A stretch of DNA of 64,000 nucleotides from Vampirovibrionaceae bacterium NZW_1234 (GCA_041697335.1 JBGUGD010000001.1:96001-160000); one strand, 5' to 3'. Counted from the first letter of the stretch, positions 48,906 to 59,008 are shown. The notes: generated by a model not told the origin, from the sequence alone. A program made the numbers and translations.

Positions 48906-50368
48906 TAGTAGGTTCCTCCAACCGCTTTATACAGACTGAGGGCGTCCACCAGGACGTCGGTTTTGGCTTGGGAAATCCGTTGCAGCAGTTGCAGGCGTTC
49001 AATGCGCAACGGGTTTAAATCGGGTTCCACAATAAGACCGGCTTCCAGCTTGGCTTGCTGCGTGGCCAGGCGATCGGTGACCCGGGTCAGCTTGTTCTCA
49101 TAATCCACCAGGGTTTCTTTATGGGTTTTGAGCGAAGCCAGCGCATCTTCCGTTTCGCGAAAGGCGCCGTAAATCGTGTCAAAGTAGCGGTGCAGCTGGC
49201 TTTCGTGCTCGGCCTTGTGGAGATCCAGGTTGGCCCGGTTCAAGCCACCGGCATAGAGCGAGCCCACCAGGGACGCACTAAAGGCCAGCAGGCGGCTTTG
49301 CCAGTTGAACAGGGTGCCCAGGTTCGTGGTAAACAGCCCGGACTGTGGGCTGAGCTGTAATTTGGGGAAGTATTCCTTGCGGGCCACCTGAACATCCAGT
49401 TTCGTGGCTCTGAGACGGGCTTCTTCGGCCAGAATATCGGGGCGCCGTGTGAGCAGCACTGAGGGCACCGACAAGGCTTCGACATCGGGCAAGGGAATGT
49501 CGTCAAGGGGCCTGAGGGCCGGCGCATCGAACTGGGCCGGGGCTTTGCCGGTCAGATAGGCCAGCTCGTTCAGGGCATATTCTTTCAATCGGACATAGCC
49601 TTCGCGCTCGGCTTTGGCGTCCAAAAACAGCTGTTCCTCAACCCGCATGGCATCGGCGGTGACCAAACCGGCTTTCTCCCGAAGCTCCTGGCGGTGGATG
49701 TTTTCCTGGAGTTCCTCGATGAGTTCGTCCTGGATGCGAATGGCTTGCTCTGCCCCAATGAGGTTAAAGTAGGCGCTGGCCACATCGGTCTGCAGGCTCA
49801 GGCGTGTTGCCTGGTAATCCCATTGGGCGCCATCGGCCCGTTGGGCTTCGGCCATTTGGCGATCCCGGTTTTTCAGCCAGATGTCGGCTTCGTAGTTGAC
49901 GTTTAAGGGGATGGTATAGATCCGCACGGTTCTGCCCGGGGCAAAGGCCAAGCCCTGGCTCCCGCTGGCCTGGTTGAAGTTTTGTGCGCCCAGGGTGGCC
50001 GAAAAGCGCTGGACCGTATAGCTGGGGGAGGTTGTGACGGTGGGAAGGCGAGAGGCCCGGATCATTCGAACGTAGGCTTCGGCTCGTTTGCCTTCGGCCT
50101 GGGTGGCCAAAAGATTTTGGTTGTGGGTGACAGCTGTTTTCAGCAGACCCTCCAAAGCCGGGCTCTGGAACGTCTGCCACCAAGCCTCTTCCGAGGGGGC
50201 CGTGGTGGCTTGAATATCATCCACGCCGATGCCTCGCCATTGGGTGGGCAGATCCGGCTGAGGCATCGCTTCGGGTGTTTTCTTAGGCTTGGCCATGGCC
50301 AGATCGTGGCCCTGCGTGGTGCAGAGGCCGATGACAGACAGTGCCAAAAACAGGGACCTTAGAGACAT
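48905..50368 (-). CDS. Efflux outer-membrane factor (NodT/OprM/TolC family)
   Basis: WWQTF, YEADIW, LLTRRPDI and LYKAVGG motifs. Confidence 0.92.
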   Translation of the reverse strand: MSLRSLFLALSVIGLCTTQGHDLAMAKPKKTPEAMPQPDLPTQWRGIGVDDIQATTAPSEEAWWQTFQSPALEGLLKTAVTHNQNLLATQAEGKRAEAYVRMIRASRLPTVTTSPSYTVQRFSATLGAQNFNQASGSQGLAFAPGRTVRIYTIPLNVNYEADIWLKNRDRQMAEAQRADGAQWDYQATRLSLQTDVASAYFNLIGAEQAIRIQDELIEELQENIHRQELREKAGLVTADAMRVEEQLFLDAKAEREGYVRLKEYALNELAYLTGKAPAQFDAPALRPLDDIPLPDVEALSVPSVLLTRRPDILAEEARLRATKLDVQVARKEYFPKLQLSPQSGLFTTNLGTLFNWQSRLLAFSASLVGSLYAGGLNRANLDLHKAEHESQLHRYFDTIYGAFRETEDALASLKTHKETLVDYENKLTRVTDRLATQQAKLEAGLIVEPDLNPLRIERLQLLQRISQAKTDVLVDALSLYKAVGGTY

Positions 50369-50913
50369 GAGCCGGTTTCCTCCTGGACACGCTGTAACAC
50401 ATTGGCGATCATGTCCGGATCCACGGGGATGCCCAGCATCTGGTTAAACCAAATCCCATCCCCGATAAGACGAATGATAAAGGCCGACGTGGGATCCAGG
50501 CCGTCATTCTGGAGGCGCTCCTGAATGCTGTTGATTTGGGTCAGGATGGGCTCCAGTAGCTTGGGGTTGTTGGCAATGACGGCAATCAGGGTGGAGCAGA
50601 GCTTCTGGGACGGATTCTCACATTCATCTTTTTGGTAGGCCACGTTCAAGTAGGCCCGGGCAAAGCGGCCCCGGGGCTCCGGGTCGTTAAAGACCTGATC
50701 CTTGAGTTCCTGGTTCATCCCCGCGATTTGGCGATGGATGAGCCCCACCATCATGTCTTCCTTGCTTTTGAAGTGGTAGAGAAGGCCGCCTTTACTCAAG
50801 GAGGCTTTTTGGGCCACGGCATCCAGGGTCAGGTGCATGGCGCCTTGGGTGACGAGGATGTCTTGGGCGGCATCCAGGATTTTATCTCGGGTGTCGTCGG
50901 CTTTGGCATTCAT
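50359..50913 (-). CDS. TetR/AcrR family regulator heading the efflux operon
   Basis: ILDAA...TLDAVA...SKGGLLYHFKSKE. Confidence 0.93.
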   Translation of the reverse strand: MNAKADDTRDKILDAAQDILVTQGAMHLTLDAVAQKASLSKGGLLYHFKSKEDMMVGLIHRQIAGMNQELKDQVFNDPEPRGRFARAYLNVAYQKDECENPSQKLCSTLIAVIANNPKLLEPILTQINSIQERLQNDGLDPTSAFIIRLIGDGIWFNQMLGIPVDPDMIANVLQRVQEETGSCL

Positions 50914-50941
50914 AGGGGTAATGTTCCTTTAGATCAGTTTT

Positions 50942-50970
50942 ACTGTACCGTCTAGACGGTTTTTTTGCAA
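50942..50970 (-). promoter_or_regulatory. Promoter with overlapping TetR operator
   Basis: TTGCAA-17 nt-TACAGT on -; perfect palindrome ACCGTCTAGACGGT (50947-50960) in the spacer. Confidence 0.75.
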
Positions 50971-51102
50971 GCGTCTTTTTTGACAAGGGTTTGGGAGTGG
51001 CGGGCGCAAGCATGAGAGGTGGATTTGGAGCCGAATCGGGAGAGTCGGGCCGGGGGATTGGAATGCTATGATGGGATCACTGTGAGCGAGGCGAGATGCG
51101 TG

Positions 51103-51609
51103 ATGTTCTCTCTTGAGGCCGAAAACCCTTTTCAGCTTTTGACCTTTATTGTGGCCCCGGCGATATTGACCAATTCATCGTCCGTTTTGTCTTTGAGTAC
51201 GTCGAACCGCTTTGCCCGGGTGGTGGATCGGTCTCGGGTGCTCTACGATCGCCTGGCTCATCCGGAGAAGCTTCGGCGGGAGGAAAAGGAGCTTTACCAG
51301 CGACAGTTGCAGCTGATTGGGCGGCGCTCGCTGCTTCTGGTTCGTGCCCTCACGTGGTTTTATGTGTCTGTGGGCGCCTTTGCCGCCACGGCGCTGATCT
51401 CCCTGGTGGGGGCGGGGGTGTCGTTTTTGCATTATCTGTCGGCGGCCAAGCTGGCCATTGCCGTCAGTTTGTTCTGTGGCATCGTCGGTGTGGTTGGCCT
51501 GGTGACCGGTGCCGGGATGCTGGTGCTGGAGATGTGGTTGGCCCAGCATTTCCTGCGGGCCGAAGTGACGTTAACCGAGTCTTTGCTGGCAGAAATTCAA
51601 GAGTCTTAG
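51103..51609 (+). CDS. DUF2721-like membrane protein
   Basis: APAIL...NRFARVVDRSR...RR..LL.RA pattern with three hydrophobic segments. Confidence 0.75.
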   Translation: MFSLEAENPFQLLTFIVAPAILTNSSSVLSLSTSNRFARVVDRSRVLYDRLAHPEKLRREEKELYQRQLQLIGRRSLLLVRALTWFYVSVGAFAATALISLVGAGVSFLHYLSAAKLAIAVSLFCGIVGVVGLVTGAGMLVLEMWLAQHFLRAEVTLTESLLAEIQES

Positions 51610-52856
51610 ACGCTGAGGGTGCAGGCCGGAGTCTCGGGTTCGGGTGGGCGCTGTCCTGAGCCGGTATGAATGGCCTGGAGCACCTCGTTCAGGCGAGGAT
51701 TGCCGCGTTGGGCGTAGCTGATGCGGCCGCTTTTGTCGATGACATAGACCGTGCGGTTGACCAGGAGCCCCCACAGCATCATGGCCTTGTATCGGCGGCA
51801 GACGGCTTTGTTCTTGTCCGTGAGGATCGGGTAGTGGACATTGATTTGAGAGCCAAACCGGGCATGGGATTTGACGGATTGCGGGTTAATGGCCACGACG
51901 ACGGCATCCAGGGCGGCGATGTCATCGGGGTGGCTGGCAAATTTTTTGAGCTGGGACGAGCAGGTGGGCGTATTGTCCATGGGATAGAACAGGAGGATGA
52001 CGTGTTTTTTGCCGATGAAATCGGCCAGATGAAAGAAATTGCCGTGTTGATCGGGGAGGGAGAACAGCGGGGCCTCTGTGCCCAGGGCCAGGGGGGCATC
52101 TTCCAATAGATCTTTGTTATGGATGTGAGTCGGGGTTTCCGGGGTGATGCACGAGGCATGGATGGAGTTTAGCGGGCCAAACAGCATCAGCAGGTCTCCC
52201 TGTTCAATGCGATAGTCTGGAGCCGGAAAGGCCACAGACTCATGGGCCTTGGTCACGTTCAGGACCGAGATGTTGCGGCCGCTAATCCCGGTTTCAGCCA
52301 GTGTGCGGTTCAGCATGGGGTTTTTTTCGCAGATTTCCAGCTGCACAATACCATTGCCGTTGGCACAGATGGCCACCTGCTCGTACATGACCGGTTCAAC
52401 CAGATGCTCATGAAGGAGCCATTGGGTCACCATCTCTTTAATCAGTCGGGAGACGGCGGGTTTGGAGAGGAACCTTTGGACGGCGTAGACCCCGAAAATC
52501 AGGGCGCAGAGCAGGAGGATGGGTTTGCTGAAGGTGACACCGAAGAGAATGATTTGGTTGTCTAACGAGGCCACCAGCTGAGGGCTGGCCACCAGGGTGC
52601 CGACGAGGGTGGCCATGGTGGTGATGATGCCGGCGTTGCCGAAGCGGATGAGGTTGCGGATGATCTTGCGTCGCTGGGGGAGGCGCACGGCCAGTTCGGC
52701 TTCCTGGGTGGTGAAACCGGTGCCGGAAAAAGCGGACGAAGCCTGGAAGAGGGCCTGATCTGGGGTGAGGCCCGTAATCTCAAGGGCAATGGCGCCGATG
52801 CGGGTGACGACGGCGGACATCATCAAGGCCAGAATAAGAAGAAGCAGGCTAATCAT
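51606..52856 (-). CDS. Membrane protein with TrkA-C (RCK_C) domain fused to a BCP-type peroxiredoxin
   Basis: SAFSGTGFTT.EAE N-terminal motif; P.PDYRIEQGD.L.LFG; APLFSLPDQ.G and FYPMDNTPTC (PxxxTxxC). Confidence 0.85.
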   Translation of the reverse strand: MISLLLLILALMMSAVVTRIGAIALEITGLTPDQALFQASSAFSGTGFTTQEAELAVRLPQRRKIIRNLIRFGNAGIITTMATLVGTLVASPQLVASLDNQIILFGVTFSKPILLLCALIFGVYAVQRFLSKPAVSRLIKEMVTQWLLHEHLVEPVMYEQVAICANGNGIVQLEICEKNPMLNRTLAETGISGRNISVLNVTKAHESVAFPAPDYRIEQGDLLMLFGPLNSIHASCITPETPTHIHNKDLLEDAPLALGTEAPLFSLPDQHGNFFHLADFIGKKHVILLFYPMDNTPTCSSQLKKFASHPDDIAALDAVVVAINPQSVKSHARFGSQINVHYPILTDKNKAVCRRYKAMMLWGLLVNRTVYVIDKSGRISYAQRGNPRLNEVLQAIHTGSGQRPPEPETPACTLSV

Positions 52857-52925
52857 TGGGGTTAGAACTCTCTTGGACGTTCAAGGGAATGCGTTTTCGC
52901 TGTGGTGGGTTCTGACAGGATTATC

Positions 52926-54344
52926 TCACATCTGGGCCTGTTCGGCAGCGGGGCCGGGGAAGGTTTTGGAAAGAACGGCCTGGGGCGCGAGGATGCCGAC
53001 AACGGGTGGGTTGTTCTTGGGGTTGAAATAGCGATCCAGCACCCGCTGGACATCTTGCGGGGTGACCCGTTGGAGGGCCCACTCGGCTTCGGCCAGGGTT
53101 TCGGGGGAAAGTTGTCGGCTGAGGCGATTGGTATTGTGTTTGGTGATGCCCCAGGTGGACTGTAAGTGCTCTCGCACCTCCCGTAGCGCCATGTTCTTTA
53201 GCGATGCGACCTGCTGCGGGGTGATGGGGGTCTTCAAGATCTCGGTCACGGTGTCGTTGTAGGCTTTCATGGTCTCGCCAATGGTATTGAAATCGACATC
53301 GGAGATCACCCCAAAGTAGCCACCCGTGCGGAATGTGTCGTACAGGGGGATGGGGGTATAGGTGAGGCCCCGTTCCACGCGGATGACTTTGTAAAAGGCG
53401 CTGCTGGGACTGCTGAAGTTGGCCTGGATCAGTTGGTAGGCGGGATAGTCCGGGTGGTTTTCCGGTGGGGTTCGCCAGGCGTAGAGCACCTGGGCGCGGT
53501 TGACCCCTTCTTTGGCAACCAGCACCCTGCGGGTGTCTGCTGCCGTAGGGAGGCTGGGGACACCTGGCAAGGGCCAAGCGGGTTGATAGGGGGAGGCATA
53601 GAATCCGGACGCTTGGACAGCCTGATTCAGGAGGGTCACCTGGTGGGAGGCTGGCTGAGGGGAGACCATCATCCAGCGGATCTGCTGGGGCAAGGCCAAG
53701 GCTTGGCGGTGGTAGCCCAGGACCTGATCCAGGGTAAACTTCCGGAGGGCCTGGATGCATTCCTCCGAGCTCAGGGCATAGGGATGGGTGGGGCCAAACA
53801 GGCGCTTCCTGACGGCAGCATCTAAAATCGAGATGGGACGGCTGAGCGTCTGTTTTTGCTCTTCGATGAGGTTGCCCTTGATTTTCTCGAATTCGTTGGG
53901 GTCGATGGTGGGACGTGTCAGCAAGTGGAGGGCAATCTGGGCTAAGTGGCCTTCCTGGCCCTGGGGTCCGGAGACGCTGAACAGAAGACCATCCTGGGTG
54001 GGGCGCAGTGAGGCGTCGATGCCTTGGGTGCTCAGGTCTTCCAGATACCGGCGTGTGGCCTCCGAGCCATCGATCAGGAGTTTGCTGATCAGGCCTTGCA
54101 GCCCCGGCATGGTGGCATTAAAGGGCAGTAGGGCACTGAGCTTGCTGGTGAACTGGTTGGGAACTTCAATGGCGAAGCACTCGGCGCCGTTGGCGAGAGT
54201 GGTGGGGGTGATGCGGCTTGTGGACGGTAGAGTGCCAGGGCCAGGTGCCATAGTCGTGGCGGAGCTGCCTGGAGTCAGAACCGGGGTGTAGTTGCCATAG
54301 GGCTGTTGGGGCCAGAGGCTTTGGAGCAGATACGGGCTACTCAT
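52926..54344 (-). CDS. M16B peptidase, non-catalytic subunit
   Basis: AGGAGG RBS before ATG 54344; no HxxEH; FG..HPY and IRVERGLTY (R/Y pair). Confidence 0.8.
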   Translation of the reverse strand: MSSPYLLQSLWPQQPYGNYTPVLTPGSSATTMAPGPGTLPSTSRITPTTLANGAECFAIEVPNQFTSKLSALLPFNATMPGLQGLISKLLIDGSEATRRYLEDLSTQGIDASLRPTQDGLLFSVSGPQGQEGHLAQIALHLLTRPTIDPNEFEKIKGNLIEEQKQTLSRPISILDAAVRKRLFGPTHPYALSSEECIQALRKFTLDQVLGYHRQALALPQQIRWMMVSPQPASHQVTLLNQAVQASGFYASPYQPAWPLPGVPSLPTAADTRRVLVAKEGVNRAQVLYAWRTPPENHPDYPAYQLIQANFSSPSSAFYKVIRVERGLTYTPIPLYDTFRTGGYFGVISDVDFNTIGETMKAYNDTVTEILKTPITPQQVASLKNMALREVREHLQSTWGITKHNTNRLSRQLSPETLAEAEWALQRVTPQDVQRVLDRYFNPKNNPPVVGILAPQAVLSKTFPGPAAEQAQM

Positions 54345-54348
54345 CTCT

Positions 54349-55875
54349 CTATCCTCCTCTATGCCCTTGGCGCTGTGCTCCGGCACAGGCCAGGCTTGTA
54401 GTATGGTAGGGGGACCACCCCTGAAAGGCAGGCGGTCGGTCTCCTGAAACCTGCTTATTGGTTTTGGGTTCCGGGACGCCATAGACCAAGACATAGGAGG
54501 TCGGGTTTAAGACCGTCTGGATGGTCTGTTGCAGGTCCTCCGGCGTTAGGCTGTTGATGAGCCGTTCATAGTTTATGTAATCGTCCAGAGTGTTGCTGAA
54601 GAGGGCGTTGCCCATATCCATGGCACTGAACTGGGCTTCGTTCAGGTTTTTTCGAAAGTCAAAGCACGCTTTGGCCTTGAGTTGATCCAGGTGTTGCTGA
54701 GATATCGGGGTTCGTTGCAGGGCCCGTAGTTCCGACATCAGGGCGTTGGCGGTGGCTTGTTCTTTGCCCGGGGTGACTTCGGCCAGAATGGTGAATTTGC
54801 CTGTTTCCTTGCCGCTGGTGTTCCAGGCCTGAATATTGTTTGCCAGCGGGGAGCGATGTTGAAGGGCAAGGTTCAGAACCGCTTGGGGGCTTCCTGTCAG
54901 GTGATTGAGAACCAGATCCAACGCGGCACGGGTCTTGCTCTGGCGGTGTGGGATGCTGGGAAAGGCGAGCGTCACCATGCTGTAGGTCAGCATGGGGTCT
55001 GTGACGGTGGCGGTGCGAATCTCCCCTGGGCGAAGGGCGCGCTTCAGGGCGGCCCGGTTCGTGTCGGCAGGGCCTTGCGGGATGGTGCCAAAGTACTGAT
55101 TCATTAGCTGGGCCGTTTGCCACGGGTCCATATCGCCGATCATAACGGTCGCCATCTTGTCGGGGGTGTAGAAATGGGCCTTGAATGCGTTCAGGTCTGC
55201 GGGAGTCACCTTTCGGATGTCTTCCGGGCGGCCGCCGGTTTGAAATTCCGGGCGCTCGAAAAGCAACTCGTTCACCTTGCTGGTGACCTTGTTCCGGGGA
55301 CTGGCGTTGTGTTGGGCGATTTCGTTCAGGACTTCCTTTTTGCACTGCTCAATGTCGGCTTCGGGGTAGACGGCGTTGAAGAGCATTTCGGCATGCATGG
55401 GGATGACCTGCTGGAGGGCCTCCCGGTTGACGGACAGCTCGTGGATGATCTGCTCGTCTTCGGTGCTGGCGTTACGGAAGGTGCCGGTGGCGTTGAGGTG
55501 AGCATCCAGGCTGTTCTTCTGCGGGTAGTTTTTGTGGGTCAGGAAGTGGCAGTGCTCGTCCAGGTGGGCGAGACCCGGTAGGAAGCCGTCTTTGGGGTAG
55601 AGGTAACTGGCATGGATGGGCTTTTCGTTGATGGATCCGGCATTGATGAAGGTTTTGATGCTGACAAAGCCGATGGGCCGCTGCTCTAAGACCAGGCGAT
55701 AGCCGTTGTTGAGGCGAAACTGATAGAGCGGGTAACCGGCTGGAGACACCCGGCTGGCCTCCAGGGTCGGCATCGACATGGGGGCCATGGGCTGTGGCAT
55801 CTGCCAGAGGCCTGGGCTGTAAAGGGGATAGGCTTGGTTGGAGGCCGGAAAGGCCGGGTATCCATAGATGGCCAT
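54349..55875 (-). CDS. M16B zinc peptidase, catalytic subunit
   Basis: LNNG, AGS..E, GLAHLDEH (HxxEH), NAST, V..E and FYTP motifs. Confidence 0.88.
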   Translation of the reverse strand: MAIYGYPAFPASNQAYPLYSPGLWQMPQPMAPMSMPTLEASRVSPAGYPLYQFRLNNGYRLVLEQRPIGFVSIKTFINAGSINEKPIHASYLYPKDGFLPGLAHLDEHCHFLTHKNYPQKNSLDAHLNATGTFRNASTEDEQIIHELSVNREALQQVIPMHAEMLFNAVYPEADIEQCKKEVLNEIAQHNASPRNKVTSKVNELLFERPEFQTGGRPEDIRKVTPADLNAFKAHFYTPDKMATVMIGDMDPWQTAQLMNQYFGTIPQGPADTNRAALKRALRPGEIRTATVTDPMLTYSMVTLAFPSIPHRQSKTRAALDLVLNHLTGSPQAVLNLALQHRSPLANNIQAWNTSGKETGKFTILAEVTPGKEQATANALMSELRALQRTPISQQHLDQLKAKACFDFRKNLNEAQFSAMDMGNALFSNTLDDYINYERLINSLTPEDLQQTIQTVLNPTSYVLVYGVPEPKTNKQVSGDRPPAFQGWSPYHTTSLACAGAQRQGHRGG

Positions 55876-55954
55876 AGCGTGAAAAGTCCTGACTCAGATT
55901 GGGGGTAATCGGATAACGTTTCTCAAACTTCAAAAATGCGTGATGGGATGCGAG

Positions 55955-56234
55955 GTGAGTAAAAATGGTTTTAAAAAGGCTTTATTTTGCCTCATTTTTA
56001 CTCATGAAGCCTGCTCAGGCGGGGCGTTGGGTGAGATGAGTAAAATGGATTTTTTGAAAATCCCTCGTTTTTGCTCATTTTTACTCATCTTGGCGTGGCA
56101 GGGCTGGTTTTAATGCTGTTTGGAGCCGGGGTATTTCGGGTTGTCTGGCTGTGGGGTGAGTAAAATGGAGTTTTTGAAAATTCCTCATTTTTACTCATTT
56201 TTACTCGTTTTTACTCATTTTTGACTCATTTTTT
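55955..56234. repeat. Three inverted-repeat units plus tandem decamers (CATTTTTACT)
   Basis: TGAGTAAAA(A)TG...CATTTTTACTCA at about 55956-56004, 56037-56087 and 56157-56234. Confidence 0.85.
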
Positions 56235-56547
56235 GCTGTTTTGACGCCTGGGTTTGATGTCCTGATGGACGCAGAGCCGAGGGGGGGTGTTGGGATTGGG
56301 GTTCGGGGAGGAGCGGGGCGGGAAGCGTGTTGGATATAAATAGTATATCATTGAGTCGGTCAAAAGGCCCGGTTTTTCAGGAAATCTTTAGATTTAATGG
56401 CTGTAAAACCTTATCCGGTTTACCGTTTGGGGAAAACCAACTGGAAGAAAATCGGGCATGGGATATTCCCCAGGTAAGTAAGACGCACCTACGGATGAGC
56501 ATGCTAGTATGGCCCCATATTGAGTAGAGAATCGGGGATGACGGCAG

Positions 56548-57777
56548 ATGATGGCGTTGACACGGCTTGTCGTGGCTGGAATGGTGTTTGTAATGGCGAT
56601 GGGGGTTCCCATAGCCTGGGCGAAAGAGATGAGTATTCCCAAAGGGCTTCGGGTGCCGCTGTCGTTTACGGCGCCCATCCAGGGCCGAAATATTTCCTCG
56701 TCGCAAAAGACTCCCGTGGTGGTGGCCGAGGACGTAACCATTCACTACCAGGTGGATCAAACCCGGCCGCCGGAGACCATTGTTCTCTTTAAAAAAGGCA
56801 CCCCGGGCTTTGCCAACGTGTTTTACCAAAAGCCTGGGGCCTTGGGCAAGCCAGCCTATCTGGCGGTGTTTAATGCGGCGGTCAAGGATGTCCAGGGGCA
56901 TGAATGGTTGTTGAAAACGTCAACCACGGCCCAGGGGACGCCCAGCAAGGCGGCGGCCTGGGGCACGTCGTTGTCGACCATGAGCCTGTTTACGCTGCCG
57001 CTGTTGCCGGTGTTTGCCTCCATGCGGGGCAGCGATGTGGGGTTGAAGCCCCAAGACGTGATTGACGCGTACACCTTGGATGACATCCGGCTGTTTATTG
57101 ATGAGGACAAACTGTGGGCCCATCGCCTGGCCGCCCAAGAGGTGACCGAGATTTTGCCCCCCGGCGCCGTGGCCCCAACCGGGCGGCAGTATTTCGAGGA
57201 TTTTTCCACACAGCTGTGGTCCGCACTCAAACTGCCCTCGGATTACACCGGTGCCTTGCCCATTATTGTGTATCGGGTCCTGGAAAACGGGACCTTGGGC
57301 CGGACCAATCTGGTCAAATCCTCCGGGGATCCCAACCTGGATCACCAGGTGATGGAGGCCCTGTACACGACGCTGGCCGAATGGCCCATGCCGCCGGATC
57401 AGCGACACAAGACCCATTACCTGGTGGTTAGCCAGTTGATCCAGGATCCCTACCGGGTGCAGGAGTTCCAGCGCCAATCTCCGGCTTTTAAGCAATGGAC
57501 CGAGGCCTCCACCGCCCTGACCCAGCGCAACACCTTGCCGCCCAGCCTGCGCTCCCAGCTTCGCAACGATGAGTACGCCCTGGCCGAAATCCTGATGGAC
57601 AAGCAGGGCAAGGTCCTGTTCTGCGACATCAAGGAGTCGTCCCAGAACCCGGCGGTCAACGACGTGGTGGTCAAGTCCATTGTCGCCTCCTCGCCCTTGC
57701 CTCCCTTGCCGCCGGACTACCCCAGCGAAGCCATCCTGTTTCAGACCATGCTGAGCTACGCGGCCTTTCGCCATTAA
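56548..57777 (+). CDS. Exported protein with two TonB C-terminal-like domains
   Basis: Signal peptide ending AWA; KSSGDPNLD...AL and ESSQNPAVND...SSPLPPLP. Confidence 0.75.
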   Translation: MMALTRLVVAGMVFVMAMGVPIAWAKEMSIPKGLRVPLSFTAPIQGRNISSSQKTPVVVAEDVTIHYQVDQTRPPETIVLFKKGTPGFANVFYQKPGALGKPAYLAVFNAAVKDVQGHEWLLKTSTTAQGTPSKAAAWGTSLSTMSLFTLPLLPVFASMRGSDVGLKPQDVIDAYTLDDIRLFIDEDKLWAHRLAAQEVTEILPPGAVAPTGRQYFEDFSTQLWSALKLPSDYTGALPIIVYRVLENGTLGRTNLVKSSGDPNLDHQVMEALYTTLAEWPMPPDQRHKTHYLVVSQLIQDPYRVQEFQRQSPAFKQWTEASTALTQRNTLPPSLRSQLRNDEYALAEILMDKQGKVLFCDIKESSQNPAVNDVVVKSIVASSPLPPLPPDYPSEAILFQTMLSYAAFRH

Positions 57778-57835
57778 TCCCGAATAGCGTACTTTGGGAT
57801 TCAAGCAAGTGACGGGATTGAACACGCCGATAGCG

Positions 57836-59008
57836 CTATTTCTGGGCGAGCGGGTTCAGGAGGTTTCGTAAGTTATCAACCGATTCTTCCTGCCATTTTC
57901 GTTGAACCTCGGCCAGGTTATTTTTTAATGCGTCATATTCTTCGGGCGATAACGCCAGCGCAGTTTTCATGGCGTCGTAGAGATGATTTTCCGCATGGGA
58001 AATGGCGCAGGATTCCAGGCCGTAGAGGGTGGCCAGTTTTTCATGAAGGACAGGCACTACCTGGAGCCCGACAGCCACTGAAATGGAGGAGCTGATTTTG
58101 TGGGTGAAATAATCGTGTTCAAACGACTCATCAATCAATGTCAACATATAATGGGCGCCACCGATGCGGGCATAATAGTCTCGATAGGGCAGAAAGCCGT
58201 GTTCCCATTCAAAATAGGCTTCCAGGCCCTGTCGGGCGATTTCTGACGCCAAACGCTGTGCATCGGGGGTATGGCTATTGCCCAGCAGCAGGATTTTGAA
58301 CTGTGGCGGCTGGTGTGACTTGAATTTTTGCAGGACGTCCAGAAGCCCCAGATAATTCCGGCGGAAAAAGACGATATTGCCTTGGATCACAAAGGTGGTT
58401 GTCACGGTTTTGGTAAAGGGCTGCTCTGTAAAATAAGCTGGGCGATACCAGGTAACGGGGATATCGGAGGGGAGTAGGCTTCGGCAATGGGGGGCCAGGG
58501 TGATGGCCTTTATCCTGGGCGACTGTCGCAGGTGGGAATGATAATAACGGTGTCGGTAAACCATGCTGCGACAATGAAAGGTCATCAGGACGGTAGCGTT
58601 TGTTTTGGCCAGCAGTGTTTCCAGCGTGACCCTCTGGAAAAAACGGTATTTGAAAAACCGGTATACCTGGATGACCCAAGGAAGCCCTGTGTAGATGGCT
58701 CGTTTGAGGGTTAACGATCCACTGGATTTCGCGTCATTGTAAATGGCGATATCTCGAACGGTATTGATAACAATGAGGTCATACCCGGACAACCATTGCC
58801 GTTCTTTTGGGCTTAAACGTCGGAACGCGGGGATGGGAAGCAAGCGGTAGTTTAGATGGGGGGTATAGTACAGTGAATTTTTTTCGAGATTCGTTGCGGT
58901 GGTGAGGATATCGACCTGAAACCCAAGTTGGTTGAGGTAGTAGACAAGCGACGGAAAAATTTCATCATGAGAGGTGCTTGTTTCCAGGAGTAAACACTTT
59001 TGGTCCAT
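57836..59008 (-). CDS. Putative GT-B fold glycosyltransferase
   Basis: F.IQG....RRNY..L, LLLG and KISSSISVA features of GT4-like C-terminal domains; family tentative. Confidence 0.6.
   Translation of the reverse strand: MDQKCLLLETSTSHDEIFPSLVYYLNQLGFQVDILTTATNLEKNSLYYTPHLNYRLLPIPAFRRLSPKERQWLSGYDLIVINTVRDIAIYNDAKSSGSLTLKRAIYTGLPWVIQVYRFFKYRFFQRVTLETLLAKTNATVLMTFHCRSMVYRHRYYHSHLRQSPRIKAITLAPHCRSLLPSDIPVTWYRPAYFTEQPFTKTVTTTFVIQGNIVFFRRNYLGLLDVLQKFKSHQPPQFKILLLGNSHTPDAQRLASEIARQGLEAYFEWEHGFLPYRDYYARIGGAHYMLTLIDESFEHDYFTHKISSSISVAVGLQVVPVLHEKLATLYGLESCAISHAENHLYDAMKTALALSPEEYDALKNNLAEVQRKWQEESVDNLRNLLNPLAQK

Noticed and set aside
44503..50970. RND efflux operon as a novel system
   Set aside because: It is a canonical TetR-OMF-MFP-RND arrangement with a standard operator.
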